A stretch of DNA of 63,751 nucleotides, the filler included, from Octopus bimaculoides (lineage: Eukaryota), in NCBI RefSeq assembly GCF_001194135.2. It is 5 parts of 4 records of this genome, joined end to end, with 100 filler letters (N's around TTAATTAATTAA, not from the genome) between each part and the next. Parts side by side here need not be neighbours in the genome. Positions count along the whole stretch, not along the records: positions 1 to 13,416 come from NC_068986.1; positions 13,517 to 27,230 come from NC_068994.1; 3 more parts are not named here. One strand, written 5' to 3'. A program made the translations under genes and the position numbers. Shown in pieces: positions 13,161 through 26,229 of this stretch. The notes beneath the pieces are model-generated. The model did no database searches. It was given only the letters and a program-made list of their open reading frames with translations, and had not been told where the DNA came from. Position 1 is the stretch's first letter. The number at the start of each line of letters is the position of its first letter.

Positions 13161-13364
13161 CGTTTTGTTCCATTTATTGTTATTATTCATATCTACTCAA
13201 AATGCATCATTTTAACTTAGTATCTCTACCTATAAAACGGGTGTGATATCCTGTTTTTTAGTGTGTGATTTTTGTTACCCATGGTAGTTATTAACATATT
13301 TACATCGTCAAGGTTTTTTTTAAACTGAGATAATATTAATATATAAATAAACTAAAATATATAC

Positions 13365-13416
<52 letters not shown>

Positions 13417-13516
13417 NNNNNNNNNNNNNNNNNNNNNNNNNNNNNNNNNNNNNNNNNNNNTTAATTAATTAANNNNNNNNNNNNNNNNNNNNNNNNNNNN
13501 NNNNNNNNNNNNNNNN
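13417..13516. other. Artificial scaffold-join spacer; identical spacers at 27231-27330, 50116-50215 and 61573-61672
   Basis: Exactly 44 N + TTAATTAATTAA + 44 N in all four cases. The 12-mer gives stop codons in all six frames. Confidence 0.95.
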
Positions 13517-14615
13517 TATATATATATATAAAGAGAGAGAGAGAGAGAGAGTTTCAAATTTTGGCACAAAGTGAGCAATTTCGAGTGAGTTGGGAAGTCA
13601 ATTACATTGAACTCAGTGCTTGACTGGTACTTATTCCCTTATTTTATTGACCTGTTGCATTGGACATTAAGACACAATTGCTTACTTAATCTCTTAAAAC
13701 TATATTAACTATTTTATTAATTAAGTATAGACTAGAAATAGCTCTATAACTATGAATAATATACAGTTTGAGGAAAGTTTATTTTTAGAAATAGATTCCT
13801 TGAAATTAGCAAAATTTTATAAAATAGTGTGAAGCTTTGATTCTTGTTAGATTTATTTACCCCGAGCACCTCTGGCTGATGAGACACATGGGCGTCAAAA
13901 CACTCACTATTCACCATGCATATGATAATTTATTAGTATATTAAATCATTTTGTTAAAATGTACAAAAAAAAATTGTCAGACCCACTCAAAATTTTGGCA
14001 AAAGCAAAGACTGGAACAAAATCTAACAGAAATGCAATGATACCAAAATTTTTCTGAAGTTGCAGAATTGTCTCATCAGTGCCTCAACCTACTTCACACA
14101 GTGTTAGAATTATAATTCAAAGAATTATTCATGTTAAAGCAAGAATGATTGATTTCAAACAAGTTTCTATCTTTGCCAATATCACAAACAATACTTTAGA
14201 CTATAGAATTTCTGATTTTATCAGAAGCTTTGATGAAAAAAAAAATGGGTGGGTGGAATTAAAGTAATTATCTAATATTTTAAAATTATCAGAGTCAGGG
14301 TAAGTAAATTTATTGTTATCACCCACCAATAGCCTTTCAATCAATTGGAAGAGAGTTCTTTGATCAACAATTTTGATTCAATAATTCATACATAGTAGTT
14401 CTGAAGTTAATGTTTATCAAGGAAGGGCAAAAACTGTAGAGTTGAATAAATTTAACTCTTGCATTTATCTATATACACACACATATATAATATTATACTT
14501 TCTCTTTTATCCAGCCCTGACTTATACATATGTGTGTGTATACATATATTGCATACATAAACATACAAGTGTATATACATGCAAGTATATAAATGTGTAT
14601 ATGCCTCTACATTTA

Positions 14616-14619
<4 letters not shown>

Positions 14620-14689
<70 letters not shown>

Positions 14690-14710
14690 ATCTATCTATC
14701 TATCTGTCTG

Positions 14711-14774
<64 letters not shown>

Positions 14775-14830
14775 CCTATCTACCTATCTATCTATCTGTC
14801 TGTTTGTCTGTCTGTCAATCTATCTGTGTG
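14620..14830. repeat. (TCTA)n tetranucleotide microsatellite, representative of many (CA)n, (TA)n, (GA)n, (TATG)n, (AAT)n, (GAA)n and (TAGG)n tracts
   Basis: Directly visible; most N gaps are flanked by (TA)n. Confidence 0.95.
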
Positions 14831-14956
14831 TGTGTGAGGGTGTGTATAGATAAACAGATAGCTAAACAGATATAAATATACATATATATAAATAGCTACA
14901 TAGATAACTAAATAGATCTAGATATCTATCTCTATCTATATGTATACTGATGTATG

Positions 14957-14989
<33 letters not shown>

Positions 14990-16335
14990 TTATACACACA
15001 CACATATGTATATTTAATATCCATATACTAAAACTCTCACATACGCAACTATCTTTTACATATTTAAAACCTTTTTTTTTTACATTTTGCTTTCTATAAT
15101 TTTTCTTTTTTTTACTTCTACTTAAAGAACACAGTTCTTATCTTAGTTATTTCAAGAGCACATTTTAAAGAAGAAATCCTGAAGATTAAAAATTAATACC
15201 AAGAAAGAAGTCTATCACAAAGTCGAAAATCATAAAACAGCAGTTTTAGACGACTTTTGATACCAGTATTAAACATATAAAAATAAAATGGTATTATTGC
15301 AAGAACTTCAAAATTCTACAATCTTAATAGTATATTGCAAAATAACTTTCTTTACTTAAAATTTGCAAATGGATTTTAAATATAAAATATCTTAGCATGG
15401 TTTGAAACAAGTCAGTGGGATTGACATTTTCACTGTTTGTATATGTTTCACTGATCTTATCGTATATATTTATACATTTCTTTCATAGGATTAACATCTT
15501 ATGAAAATTTCTTCTATTCAGAGACAGAAAATATTGTATTTACGAAAAATGTGACTCTCTTTCCATTATTTTAAATATTCTTCACTAATGGATTTTTCTA
15601 TGTGCTAAATAAATTTGCTGTTCTATAATTCAGTTGGAATTGGTTATGTAAGTTTGAAATATATTCATGGTTTTATGTTGTGTATATGCAACATATATAA
15701 TGAAATTAAGAAACTTGCATATATAACAAATTTAAGAACCCAGTATTCACACATCTGTGTATATGTATGTGTTACTGTGTATGTATTTCTAATATATTTC
15801 TATGTATTTATATATGTATGCATGTATGTTTGTGTGTATGCATGCTTGTGAGTGTATGGATAAGCATACGCATGTACATATGTATGTACAAATGTAAGTA
15901 TGTATATGTGTGCATGTGTGTGTATGAATGCATTCATGTACATATGTAAATTTCTCATGTTATTATATATGTGCATAGGTACATAAAAAACAGACATATA
16001 TTCATCCATATTTTGTGCAAATAATATACATTCATAGATGTGTCGATGTTCTTTATTCGTTATTTTATGTAGTTTATGTAGGTGTGTTTGTGTGGGTGTA
16101 TGAGCACAAGCATGAATGCATGAATATGCATGTATGTATCACCATTTACCAAATAGGCTTCTATTTTCAGTGAAAATGCTTGTAATTCATTCTGGACAGT
16201 CAATTTTGTGTTTAAATTCACTCTAAATTTTTATTTCAAACTTTCATTGGTTTACAAATCGGGTTAGTATGATAACAACAACAGTAATAATAATAATAAG
16301 GACAGTAATAATAGTGATGATGATAATTCACTCAC

Positions 16336-16424
16336 CAGCATTTTCTCTTGAAGCCTATATCAGTCAACTTTCTGTGATGGCTGCAAACATTGATGCCGTC
16401 ATCATTTCCAAACTTTCTCATCTT
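16336..16424 (-). CDS. Candidate exon of an unidentified gene
   Basis: taatag| acceptor and |GTGAGT donor. The only open frame is KMRKFGNDDGINVCSHHRKLTDIGFKRKC. Confidence 0.2.
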
Positions 16425-16735
16425 CTATTAAAGCCAGATTATTAATACACAACTTTACAAATGACAGCGTTTCATTCCTTAGTAATGTCTCCAGTTATTT
16501 TTTACCTTTTACTTGTTTCAATCACTGGATTGCAGCCATGTTGTGGAACACTACCTTGAAAGGTTTTTAATCCACCAAAAAAACTGCAGTACTTATTATA
16601 TCAATTCCTTTTGCTTAGTTTGTTACATCCTTAGTGGGATGCAAACATGCTTAGTTTATTTACATCCTTAGTGGGATGTAAACAAACCAACACTGGTAGT
16701 GCTGGGGGAACAAACATATAAATATTGTATCAAAA

Positions 16736-16905
16736 CAATTACCACTCCAAGGACAATTACCCTCCAAATAACAACTACCCCCGAGGACAATTAACTGCCT
16801 TGGTTAATTAACCCCTCCCTAACATATTAAGAAATTTAAAATCCTCATCTGTTGTCCTCAGGGGTAATTGTCCTTGGTGGAGTTATTGTCTATAGCGAGT
16901 AACTG
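16736..16905. mobile_element. Short element with reiterated GGACAATTACCC motifs left and inverted copies right
   Basis: GGACAATTACCC and GGACAATTAAC on the left; GGGGTAATTGTCC, GGAGTTATTGTC and GAGTAACTGTCC on the right. Confidence 0.5.
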
Positions 16906-16929
16906 TCCTAGACTCATATATGTATATAC

Positions 16930-17325
16930 ATAGGCACAGGTATAGCTATGTGGTAAGGAGCTTACTTCCCAACCACATGGTTCCAAGTTCAGTTCCACTG
17001 TATGGCATCATGGGCAAAATGTCTTCTATTATAACCTCAGGCCAACCAGAGCCAGCCTTGTGAGGGAACTTGGTAGATGGAAAGAAGCCTATAGTATATA
17101 TATGTATATATATATTTATATATGTGTGTCTTTGTGTCTATGTTTGTCCCCACCACGATCACTTGACATCCGATGTTGGTGTAACTTAGCAGTTTGGCAA
17201 AAGGGACTGATAGAATATGTACTAGGTTTACAAGAACATAGGTCTTGAGATTGATTTCTTTGACTAAAACCCTACAAGGCGGTGCTCCAGCATGGCTGCA
17301 GTCAAATGACTGAAAGAGTAAAAGA
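16930..17325 (+). mobile_element. Abundant about 400-bp SINE family, near-full copy; others at about 1082-1330(-), 3130-3390(-), 17360-17545(-), 26870-27000(-), 33868-35030(+, gapped), 41583-41990(+), 56800-56990(+), 57500-58270(-, clustered)
   Basis: Shared head (GTGTGGTAAG...GTTCAGTCCCACTG...GGCAAG) and tail (GCTCCAGCATGGC...CAAATGACTGAAA) recur throughout the window. Confidence 0.85.
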
Positions 17326-17792
17326 TTACATATATACACACATATCACATATATACACTCACAAGCACATGCACACACACACATGCACACACATACAATG
17401 GGCTTTCATAGTTTGTGCCTGACAAATTCACTCACAAGGCATTGTTTTGCCCAGAAGACAATTTCCCAATGTGTTATGCAGTGGGACTGAACCTGAAACA
17501 ATGTGGTTGTAAAGCAAGCTTCTTAACCACACATCCATGCCAGTGCCTCTTATTTAGTTGATTGTTTTCGTAATTAATAATGGATTTTTGATTAAGGCAT
17601 AAAGCCACCAATTGTGGTATGGGGGAGGTGGGGATTAGTTGATTAAATTGGTTCAAGTACATGACTGGTTCTCAGATTTACCAACCCTTGAAAAATATGA
17701 AGCAAAATCAGCTTCAGTGGAATCTGAATGCATAACACAAGGGCAGTTTGTCTGATGCTCAAGTAATTCTGCCAATCTATCACTCGTTTTAA

Positions 17793-18258
17793 CCTTTTTG
17801 AAACCAAGTTGCCTGAAACTGTCCCTGAATCTATGATATGAATTTTGTGTTTTAAAGTAATGTAAATAAAACCTTCCATCAAACCTTCATGTGAATTTAT
17901 GTTTCTGAGAAAGGTGGCAAATTGGTAAAATAATTAGCATACCAGACTAGATGCTTACCAGTGGCCAGCGTTTCTTCCAACTGTATTTTCTTAAGTTCAA
18001 ATTCCCCTGGGGTCAGCTTTGTCTTTCGTGCTTTTGGAGGTGATAAAATAGCTACCAGTTGGGTACTAGGGTCGATGTAGTCACCCCAACTAGTTCCCAC
18101 CCAACAAAAATTCTAAGTCTTGTACTTACAGTGAAAAGAATTTATATTCCAAACACAAGCTTAATAATGACAAAGTAATTTTACTAAATTCTTCATTATT
18201 TTCAAAATTAATTTGAACATAATCAATGTATTTTAATAGAAATATGGTAGCAAAAGCA
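17793..18258. mobile_element. TTAA-flanked (piggyBac-like) MITE interrupted by a SINE at about 17901-18146
   Basis: TTAA|CCTTTTTG...CAAAAGCA|TTAA ends. The internal SINE copy (- strand) is flanked by a GAATTTAT direct repeat. Confidence 0.55.
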
Positions 18259-18570
18259 TTAATTAACAACACGTTGTACAATACAGGCCATTTAATTTAC
18301 ACTCTATTACAATCTTTATATATTTCTTACATAATCATTTCATATCAAGTTAGTCTTGTTATTACTGATATTACCAATATGTAAAATATTCTAGACTATG
18401 AATTCTCTTGATTCCAGTCATTTTGGCACAAACCAAAATAAATTCAAAACCATTGGAATCAATTAAATACCAAAATGTCTGAGATTATTTGTAACTATTT
18501 AAATTTATAATTAATTTTACTCACTAATAGAGCTCATCCATCCAATATATACCTACAGTAGTGGTATTGT

Positions 18571-18621
<51 letters not shown>

Positions 18622-18904
18622 TATTATTATTATTATTATTATTGTTATTGTTATTATTATCAAGGTAGCAAACTGGGAGAATTGTTAGCATGCTGAGCAA
18701 GATGCTTAGTGTCATTTTGTCTGTCTTTATGTTCTGAGTTCAAATTCCACCACGGTCGACTTTGTCTTTCATCCTTTCGAGGTGAATAAAATAAGAGCCA
18801 GTTGAGCACAACTTACCTCCTCCTCTGAAATTGCTGGCCTTGTCCCAAAATTTGAAACCTATTATTACCTCTGCCTTCGCTAAGGCGGAGGTAATAATAG
18901 GTCT

Positions 18905-19080
18905 TGTTTACAGTCTGGCCATGGAGAAATATTACTCTCCTTGGAAACAGATGAAGGTTGGTGACAGGAAGGGCATCTGACCTTGGAAAATCTGCCTCAC
19001 TCAATTCTGTCCATCCAATGTGAGCATGGAAAAATGGATGTTAAAGTAAGGATGATGACAATGATGATGAGGATGATGAT
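18905..19080 (+). mobile_element. SINE with (GAT)n tail; reverse copies at about 51830-52030 and 54865-55075
   Basis: GGTTGGTGACAGGAAGGGCATC...AGCATGGAAAAATGGATGTTAAA(GAT)n, with reverse-complement relatives. Confidence 0.7.
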
Positions 19081-21064
19081 AATCATGGTTCCATATAATT
19101 AATACATATCAGTACATATCAGTACATATTCTGAAATAAAATATCTTATAATGATCACTGATCAAATTAATTAAAAATATAACATACACATAATTATACT
19201 GATAGTATTAAAGGGTTAAAAAAATAAAAATATCTGGGTGGCAGTTGTGACAAACTAGCTCTTATAACCAAGACTGTATGCCAAACAATCTATTGCAGTA
19301 TATGACATTTCAGAAGTGGTCCTTAATCAAACTGAAGCATGAGGGAGTCAGTTGAACATTCATTCAGTTATATTCATTTTTAAGTCTTCTCAACTAGAAA
19401 TGACATGACAAGAGATATTGAACAACATTCCAAAAATTATTTGAACAGTTTAAGCAATATGTTAAGACAAACTTTATGACATAGGACCTTGCAAAACTAA
19501 TTTTCAATTCCGTTTGTATCAACAATATCAGCTGCACTGAAGAAGAGAGTAAGAGTGCAGAGCTAGTGATGTGCTATCTTACTAATCTAATATTTGATGT
19601 TTCATAGTTCTAATGAGTTCTGTTGGCTTAGAAGCAGCTAAGTAAATGATCAAAAGCAATTCCTATGTCTTGTTTAAGGATATATCTTATTTCGTTCTGA
19701 TCTGGTGCTGAAAGTACCATAATGTGGCAGGTATATTTGATGTGTCTTTCCATCCTATCTGTAAGAGGTCATTACTGTTAAGCTGAAATGTGGTGAGCCG
19801 GCAGAATTGTTAGCATGCCAGACAAAATGCTTTTCAGCATTTACTCTATCTTTATGTTCTAAGTTCAAATTCTGCCGAGGTTGACTTTTTCTTTCAACCT
19901 TTCAAGATCAGTGAAATAAGTACCAGTCACATACTGGTGTCAATGTAATTGACTAGTCATCTCCCACAATGTTTCAGGCCTTGTGCCTATACTGGCGTCC
20001 TGTCAGTTACGATGACAAGGGTTCCAGTTAATCCAATCAATAGAATAGCTTACTCATGAAATTAAAGGGAAAGTGGCTGAGTACTCCACTGACACGTGTA
20101 CCCTTAATGTAGTTCTCAGGGAGATTCAGCATGACACAGAACATGACAAGGCTGGCCTTTTGAAACACAGGTACTATTCATTTTTGCCAGCTGAGAGGAC
20201 TGGAGCAATGTGAAATAAAGTGTCTTGCTCAAGGACACAGCACATTACCAGGAATTGAACTCACAACCTTACAATTGTAAGTCAAATATCCTAACCACTA
20301 AGCCATGCACCTTCACTATAGTGCCTATAGTAGAAAGATTACTACTGTTTGGCCAAAATCAACCTTGATCATTCCATGGTTTTGTATGCCATTTCTATAC
20401 CATTGCTCTGTGGCTCCACTCAGTCACTCTCACCTTCTCTTCTAATATGTGAGTAGTCATGATAGCTCCTCTACAGCAAGAAATCTGTTCTACTCTAGCA
20501 CCTTCTCTCAACTTTTACCCTCTTTCTACTCCTCATCTCCGAGCATAAAATTCTCCCCTCAGAGTTCAAAGTCTTACAAATTGCATGACAGCCTCACTAA
20601 TGTTGGTAAAATGAAAAAAAGCACCCAGTACACAGCAACCAGATGTAGAAACCATGTACAACAGCATGGAATATGGATGTTAAATAATGATGCTGAGGAT
20701 GATGATGAGCAACTCGTTTCCCTTTTCAAAATTATAAAGTGTACTCTGAAGGAGACTTAGCTGTTATCTCTGTCACACCAAGCAACCAGGTAGGGAATCC
20801 CTTATTTGCATCTGTTTAAAAGTTCTGGCATTGCTTTTGATAAGTTAGATGTTGGTCTTGACGAAGCAGACATATAATCAATGTTTTGTATATTCTGGAC
20901 TGCTTTACTGAATTTTTTAATGCTGGTAGGATGTTATATGAGAGGAATTTAGCTGCTATTTCTAGCAGACTGAGCGACTAGAGAAAAGCTTCAACGGTAG
21001 TGTTAGGTAACTTTTGTTAGTGTAATTTGGTTAGTGTATTATTATCTGTATTATGATGGCAATC

Positions 21065-21250
21065 CACGAAAGGGTGCTGGAAAGTTCCTAGCTTTGGATA
21101 AAAAGAAATACAGGAGTATCAGTTATCACACACTTATTGCAGCAGTCCTTCAGTTTTCCTAAACCCTGTAAAAGAACTCGGAAGGTTGGGCCTCTAACCA
21201 GGCCTTTCATGATACCCTTAAAGCCAGGAACTTTTCAGCACACTCTCATA
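21065..21250. mobile_element. Mariner-derived MITE
   Basis: About 30-bp imperfect TIRs: CACGAAAGGGTGCTGGAAAGTTCCTAGCTTT versus the reverse complement of the right end, TATGAGAGTGTGCTGAAAAGTTCCTGGCTTT. Confidence 0.7.
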
Positions 21251-21599
21251 TACATAATATACAAATAAGTTATGCTTAGTGTGGCATTTGATGCTATAGT
21301 TACTTTTGTGTGATAGTATATTGCAGGTGTGTATATGTATGTGAATGATGTGTGTGCATGTGTACATGATGTGTGTGTTATGTGTGTGTATGTGAATGAT
21401 ATGTTTTCCTGGATCAGATCTCTTATATGTTCTCTGTCCTCACTTGTCTCTCTCTGTCTTTATCCTTCTACTTACTCTCATTTTTCTTTTCTTTTTTTTT
21501 TTTTATCTGTCTTCTGTGTTGTTTGTTCTCTTTCCTTATCATCTTGTGTCTTTTTTTTTTTTTTTTGAAAAATGATATTTTTGCTTTCATGCAAAAGTA

Positions 21600-21958
21600 T
21601 AGAAAAAGCAAATGACAAAAGAAAAAATATAAAGAAAAATAAATAATCGAAGCTATAAAAAGATATAGAAAAGAAAAATAGAAAAATAAGTGATGAAGGG
21701 AAAAATAAAAATATAAAAGGAATGTGAACACTAAAAAAAGAAAATGGAAAAGAGAAGTTGAAAATAAAAATTAAATTGAACAAAACAGATAAACATGAAC
21801 AAAATAAAAATAATGCAATAAAATTTAAAATATAGAAATGAAGACGAAAGAATCCAGGAGACAGATGATAGAGAAGAGAAGATGGAAAGAAAGAAAGATG
21901 GAACTGGGAAGAGAGTATAGAGAAGGAAAGAAGAGAGGAGATAAAAAACAGAAGAAAG

Positions 21959-22022
<64 letters not shown>

Positions 22023-22400
22023 AAGATGCAGAAAATAGAAACGAAAATATGAGATAGAAGAGAGTAGATAAAGAGAAGAGGGATTACAGAAGACAGAAAA
22101 TAAATGGAAGACAGGAAGACAGAAGAGAAGAGATTGAAGGTGAGAGAGCAGAAAAGGCAGAAGAATAAAGGGAGATGAGTAAAATTCCAAGAGGAGAAAA
22201 GAGAAAAGCTAAGAAGGTTATCAAGAAAGAGAGAAGACAGCAACAGATAGAAGGCAGAAAACTGCAAGTTGAAGAGTGAAAACAGAAGAGAGAAAATAGG
22301 ATAAAGGAACAATGAAGGAAGGAAGAAAATGTAGAGAAGAAAAGAAAAGTTGAATATGAGAAGAAATTAGAAGAAATATAATAGTATAAAATAATAATTA
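21600..22400 (+). repeat. About 800-bp purine-rich block with a (GA)n core
   Basis: Almost exclusively A/G on +; pure (GA)n at about 21965-22018. Confidence 0.85.
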
Positions 22401-22488
<88 letters not shown>

Positions 22489-22489
22489 C

Positions 22490-23460
22490 CATTCTAATTT
22501 TTTTGGCACATGGCCAGCAATTTCAAGGTGTGGGATTCACTCATCCGTTGGTGTGGTTGAAGTCAAGATTCACAGTAAGAATTGAAACATTCATCCTTTC
22601 AGTCACTGAATACAAAATGTGGCTCTGTGATACCACTATCCAGAGAGGGGCAAGTTAATTGCATTGATTCCAATATTCTACTGGTACTTATTTTATCAAC
22701 TCTGTAATGATGAAAGGCCTTGGCAGGATTTGAACTCATAACAAAAAGAGCTGAAAAAATGCTGTTAAGTATTTTGACCAACATGCTAATGGTTTTGCCA
22801 GCTTGTTGCCTTGGTAATTCTTTCTAATTTTTGGCATAAGTCCAGAAATTTCGAGGGGAGGGTAAGTTGATTAGATCAGTATCCATGCTCAACTGGTAGT
22901 TATTTTAATGACTTTGAAAGAATGAAACACAAAGTCAACTTTAAGTCAGAAGAAATGCTACTAAGCATTTTGTCTGATGTACTAATGGTTCCACCAGGTC
23001 ACTGCCTTAATAACAATCTTCTCTACTATGGTCACAAGAGTAAAGGGGCTAGTTTAGTACATCAACCCCAGTGCTCAACTGGTACTTATTTTATTGACCC
23101 CAAAAGGATGTAAAATGAAGTCAGCCTTGGCAGAATTTGAACTCAAAATGTAAAGACAGACAAAACGTTACTAAGCATTTTGCCTGCCAAGCTAATGATT
23201 CAGCCAACTTGCACCTTAATAATAATAATAATATTAATAATAATGGTTTTGAACTGTGGCACTAGGCCAACAATTTTAGGGGAAATGGCACTGATGGTTA
23301 CATCAACTGCAATATTTGACTGGTACCTTATTTTGTTGACCCCACCAAAAAAGATGAAAGGCAATGTTGACCTGTGTAGGATATCAGATCAGAACAGAAA
23401 AGCCAAAGAAAATGCCACTAAGTATTTTTCCAACACATTCATGCCAGCTCAATAACAATC
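22490..23460 (-). repeat. Tandem cluster of about five degenerate 210-bp SINE copies
   Basis: Repeated ACTGGTACTT...TGAAAGG...GAATTTGAACTC...CTAAGCATTTT blocks, all on the minus strand. Confidence 0.75.
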
Positions 23461-23466
23461 CTTTCT

Positions 23467-23665
23467 ATTGGGTTGTCCGGAAAGTTGTGCCGATTTTTAA
23501 AGGAACGAAAAAGGTCAATAAATACTTGCCATTACATTTTTAATCAACGAAATATGAACCATTTTGTTGCACAATGCGTCTCCATCTTTCCTTTTACTTG
23601 AAAATAGCCTCTTCCCAGAAATAAGGTGGTTATATGGCAAAGAATTCATCAAGGTATCTTTTTAC
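23467..23665 (-). mobile_element. Mariner 3' end with TIR
   Basis: TATTGGGTTGTCCGGAAAG terminus. The minus strand encodes YLDEFFAI*PPYFWEEAIFK*KERWRRIVQQNGSYFVD*, the mariner C-terminus. Confidence 0.8.
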
Positions 23666-24741
23666 GGCATCGAAAGAATTGCAGCATTTTGTCCAGTGCA
23701 TTAATGATTCTGCCAGCTCACCTCCTAAGTTTAATCAAATATTAAATTTACTTAGATAATTAAATGAAATATAAATTCCTGTACATTAGTATAAAATATA
23801 TGAGTTTATTAATACTGTATTACGTTAGATACCAGTAAACTATCCAGGCTTCTTGACATGTTGCTTTATTGTTATTAAAAAAATTATCATTCATATGATG
23901 TCATTGTTTTCTGGTCCAACCCATAAACATCTAATATACTTTTCTATGGTTGGAAGGACATCCCTAAAATACCCTCATCTGACACATGCAGGCATGGAAG
24001 AGAATACATTTAAAATAGCACTAATAGACAATATAGATTGGAGAGGATCTAATTTTAAAGACAATTAGTGAAAGGGATGAACATGTTTACAACTTGGGTG
24101 AATCAAATTACCAAACATCACAAAATCTTCAAAGGAATTCATGCTTATTGTTTCTTAGCTGAGTGTGAAACCTGTAGCTGAATTTCTATAGAAACTAGGA
24201 AGATATTTTGTTATAAAGAAGAGAGACTGATATAAACTAGGTCTTTAATTTCAGTTTTAAAAAAAATTTAATTTCATTTTCCTATCTCTGATTATAATTA
24301 AATGTAAACATTTGGTTGCTTTTATCACTCTCCAATCTCTTTCCAATTACTATAGATTATTTGATATGCTCCCTTCCTAACTTGAAGACAACTTTCTCTA
24401 TTCATTTCTCTCAAAAGTTACCACATTAGGAGACTTTATGGTACACAACTCCTCTTTGCTCTTGTACCTCATTTTACATCCAAGCATTTTACAAGTTTGC
24501 ACACTCTGTGCTAATGACACCTGGTATTCTTTGTTATTCTCAAACATTACATTCCAAAGCCTGCAATTTTTCTTGTCAAACTCTCTCCCAACCTCATCCA
24601 TCTCTTTCTGAAGAAGGCCATCGCATTCTTTGAAAACATGTTACTGTGAGTCCTTTTACCTTTAATGGACAATCTCTCTGACCCTACAAACTAATAACTT
24701 ACACGCATAATTCTTAACACACATGCATATATGCATAGAAA

Positions 24742-24777
<36 letters not shown>

Positions 24778-26094
24778 GAATGATATTGAAAGATGAGAAA
24801 CTGTCAGAGGAAAATGCATGACATAAAGTAATAAAGTATATAAAAATAAATCATTTAAAAAAAATATAAATGTATTCAATTTCTAAGATTACTATTTTAT
24901 ATGACAAGATACTCCAGTAAAATATTTTGCATTAAAAAATCCATGCATGTATTCACGCACACGCACGCACATGCACACATACACACACACACACACATAC
25001 ACACATACATATCTATTTATCTATATATCTATCTATATTTCATGTATATATATATATATNNNNNNNNNNNNNNNNNNNNNNNNNNNNNNNNNNNNNNNNN
25101 NNNNNNNNNNNNNNNNNNNNNNNNNNNNNNNNNNNNNNNNNNNNNNNNNNNNNNNNNNNNNNNNNNNNNNNNNNNNNNNNNNNNNNNNNNNNNNNNNNNN
25201 NNNNNNNNNTGCATACGTACATACATTTATATATGTAGCTGTTTCTGGTATTAACATTGTTAACTTGACAGTTCTTGCATGCTGAAATCTATGTCAGAAT
25301 AACGAAAATGATGAGAGAAAGTAGTAAAAAGACAGCATACAACATTAAAAAAAAATTCAAAGAAGCAGAATAGGAGCAAAAAAAAAAAGAAAATATTTAA
25401 AAATCACACTGCAAAAATAATTTGATGTAGGGTTGACAGGAGAAATATCTAAATTGAAAGATCTTTCAATGATCTTAAATAAATATTCAGTAATTATAGA
25501 AAACAAATTACTTATTTTATCAAAAGTAAATATGATGGATCATCACAAAGAAAAAATAACATAAGATAAACACACACACATGCGTACGCACACGCACACA
25601 CATACACACACACACAAATCCCCCCCAAACTAAGCTCAATGATTTATGCATATGATAGTATGCTGCAAGTATATGTACGAGAGAGAAATTGTTGTCAATA
25701 TCTATATCAATATAGTCATCATTGTCACCATTTCTCTCATAATCTTTCTTGTTGGTGCTGTTGTTGTGGTCGTTGTTGTTGTGTTCTCATGTAGGTTTAT
25801 CACTAACACCACTGTCATTGCCATTAACACAATCTTAATTGCTGTTATTTTCATCATCTTTGTTACATTTAAACATTATCAACATTGATACTGTCATCAA
25901 CAAATATGTCATCATGAATACTATTTTCTCATCAATTTGTTCTATGACAGCATATATAAACCAGGCTGTAGACCTGACCACATTTGACACCTGCTATCAT
26001 GACATTGCAGCCAGAGTGAAATCATTCAATCTTGATTACATAGTAAATTCAGATTTTATATCTGATGTGTGACAGATGTATACTACCAGCTTAC

Positions 26095-26229
26095 GGTGAA
26101 CTATAAACTATTGAATGTAGAAAGTAGTATTTGGATGTCTCAGTTTCCCTTGAATCCTCAACATCTGGTGGAATCATTAGAGCAGTGTTGGGACATACAG
26201 CATGTTCTTGGCATTTGTAGCCAACAGGG
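26095..26229 (-). CDS. Candidate internal exon of an unidentified gene
   Basis: T-rich acceptor ...ctctaaattttgtggatag|, donor |GTAAGC, 135 bp, symmetric phase 2. Open frame PVGYKCQEHAVCPNTALMIPPDVEDSRETETSKYYFLHSIVYSS. Confidence 0.35.

Noticed and set aside
13461-13472. TTAATTAATTAA as a biological motif
   Set aside because: Always centred in exactly 44+44 N, so it is an artificial linker.
13870-13905. CTGATGAGAC...GTCAAAAC hammerhead-like core
   Set aside because: GAAA is mutated and no stem I or III partner was found; consistent with chance.
13740-14450. Coding region ending at the GTAAGT donor near 14300
   Set aside because: Stops in all frames shortly upstream of the donor; no coherent peptide.
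24398-24640. ORF MDEVGREFDKKNCRLW... as an exon
   Set aside because: Weak acceptor, phase incompatible with the 26095 donor, competing readings on both strands and no recognisable family.
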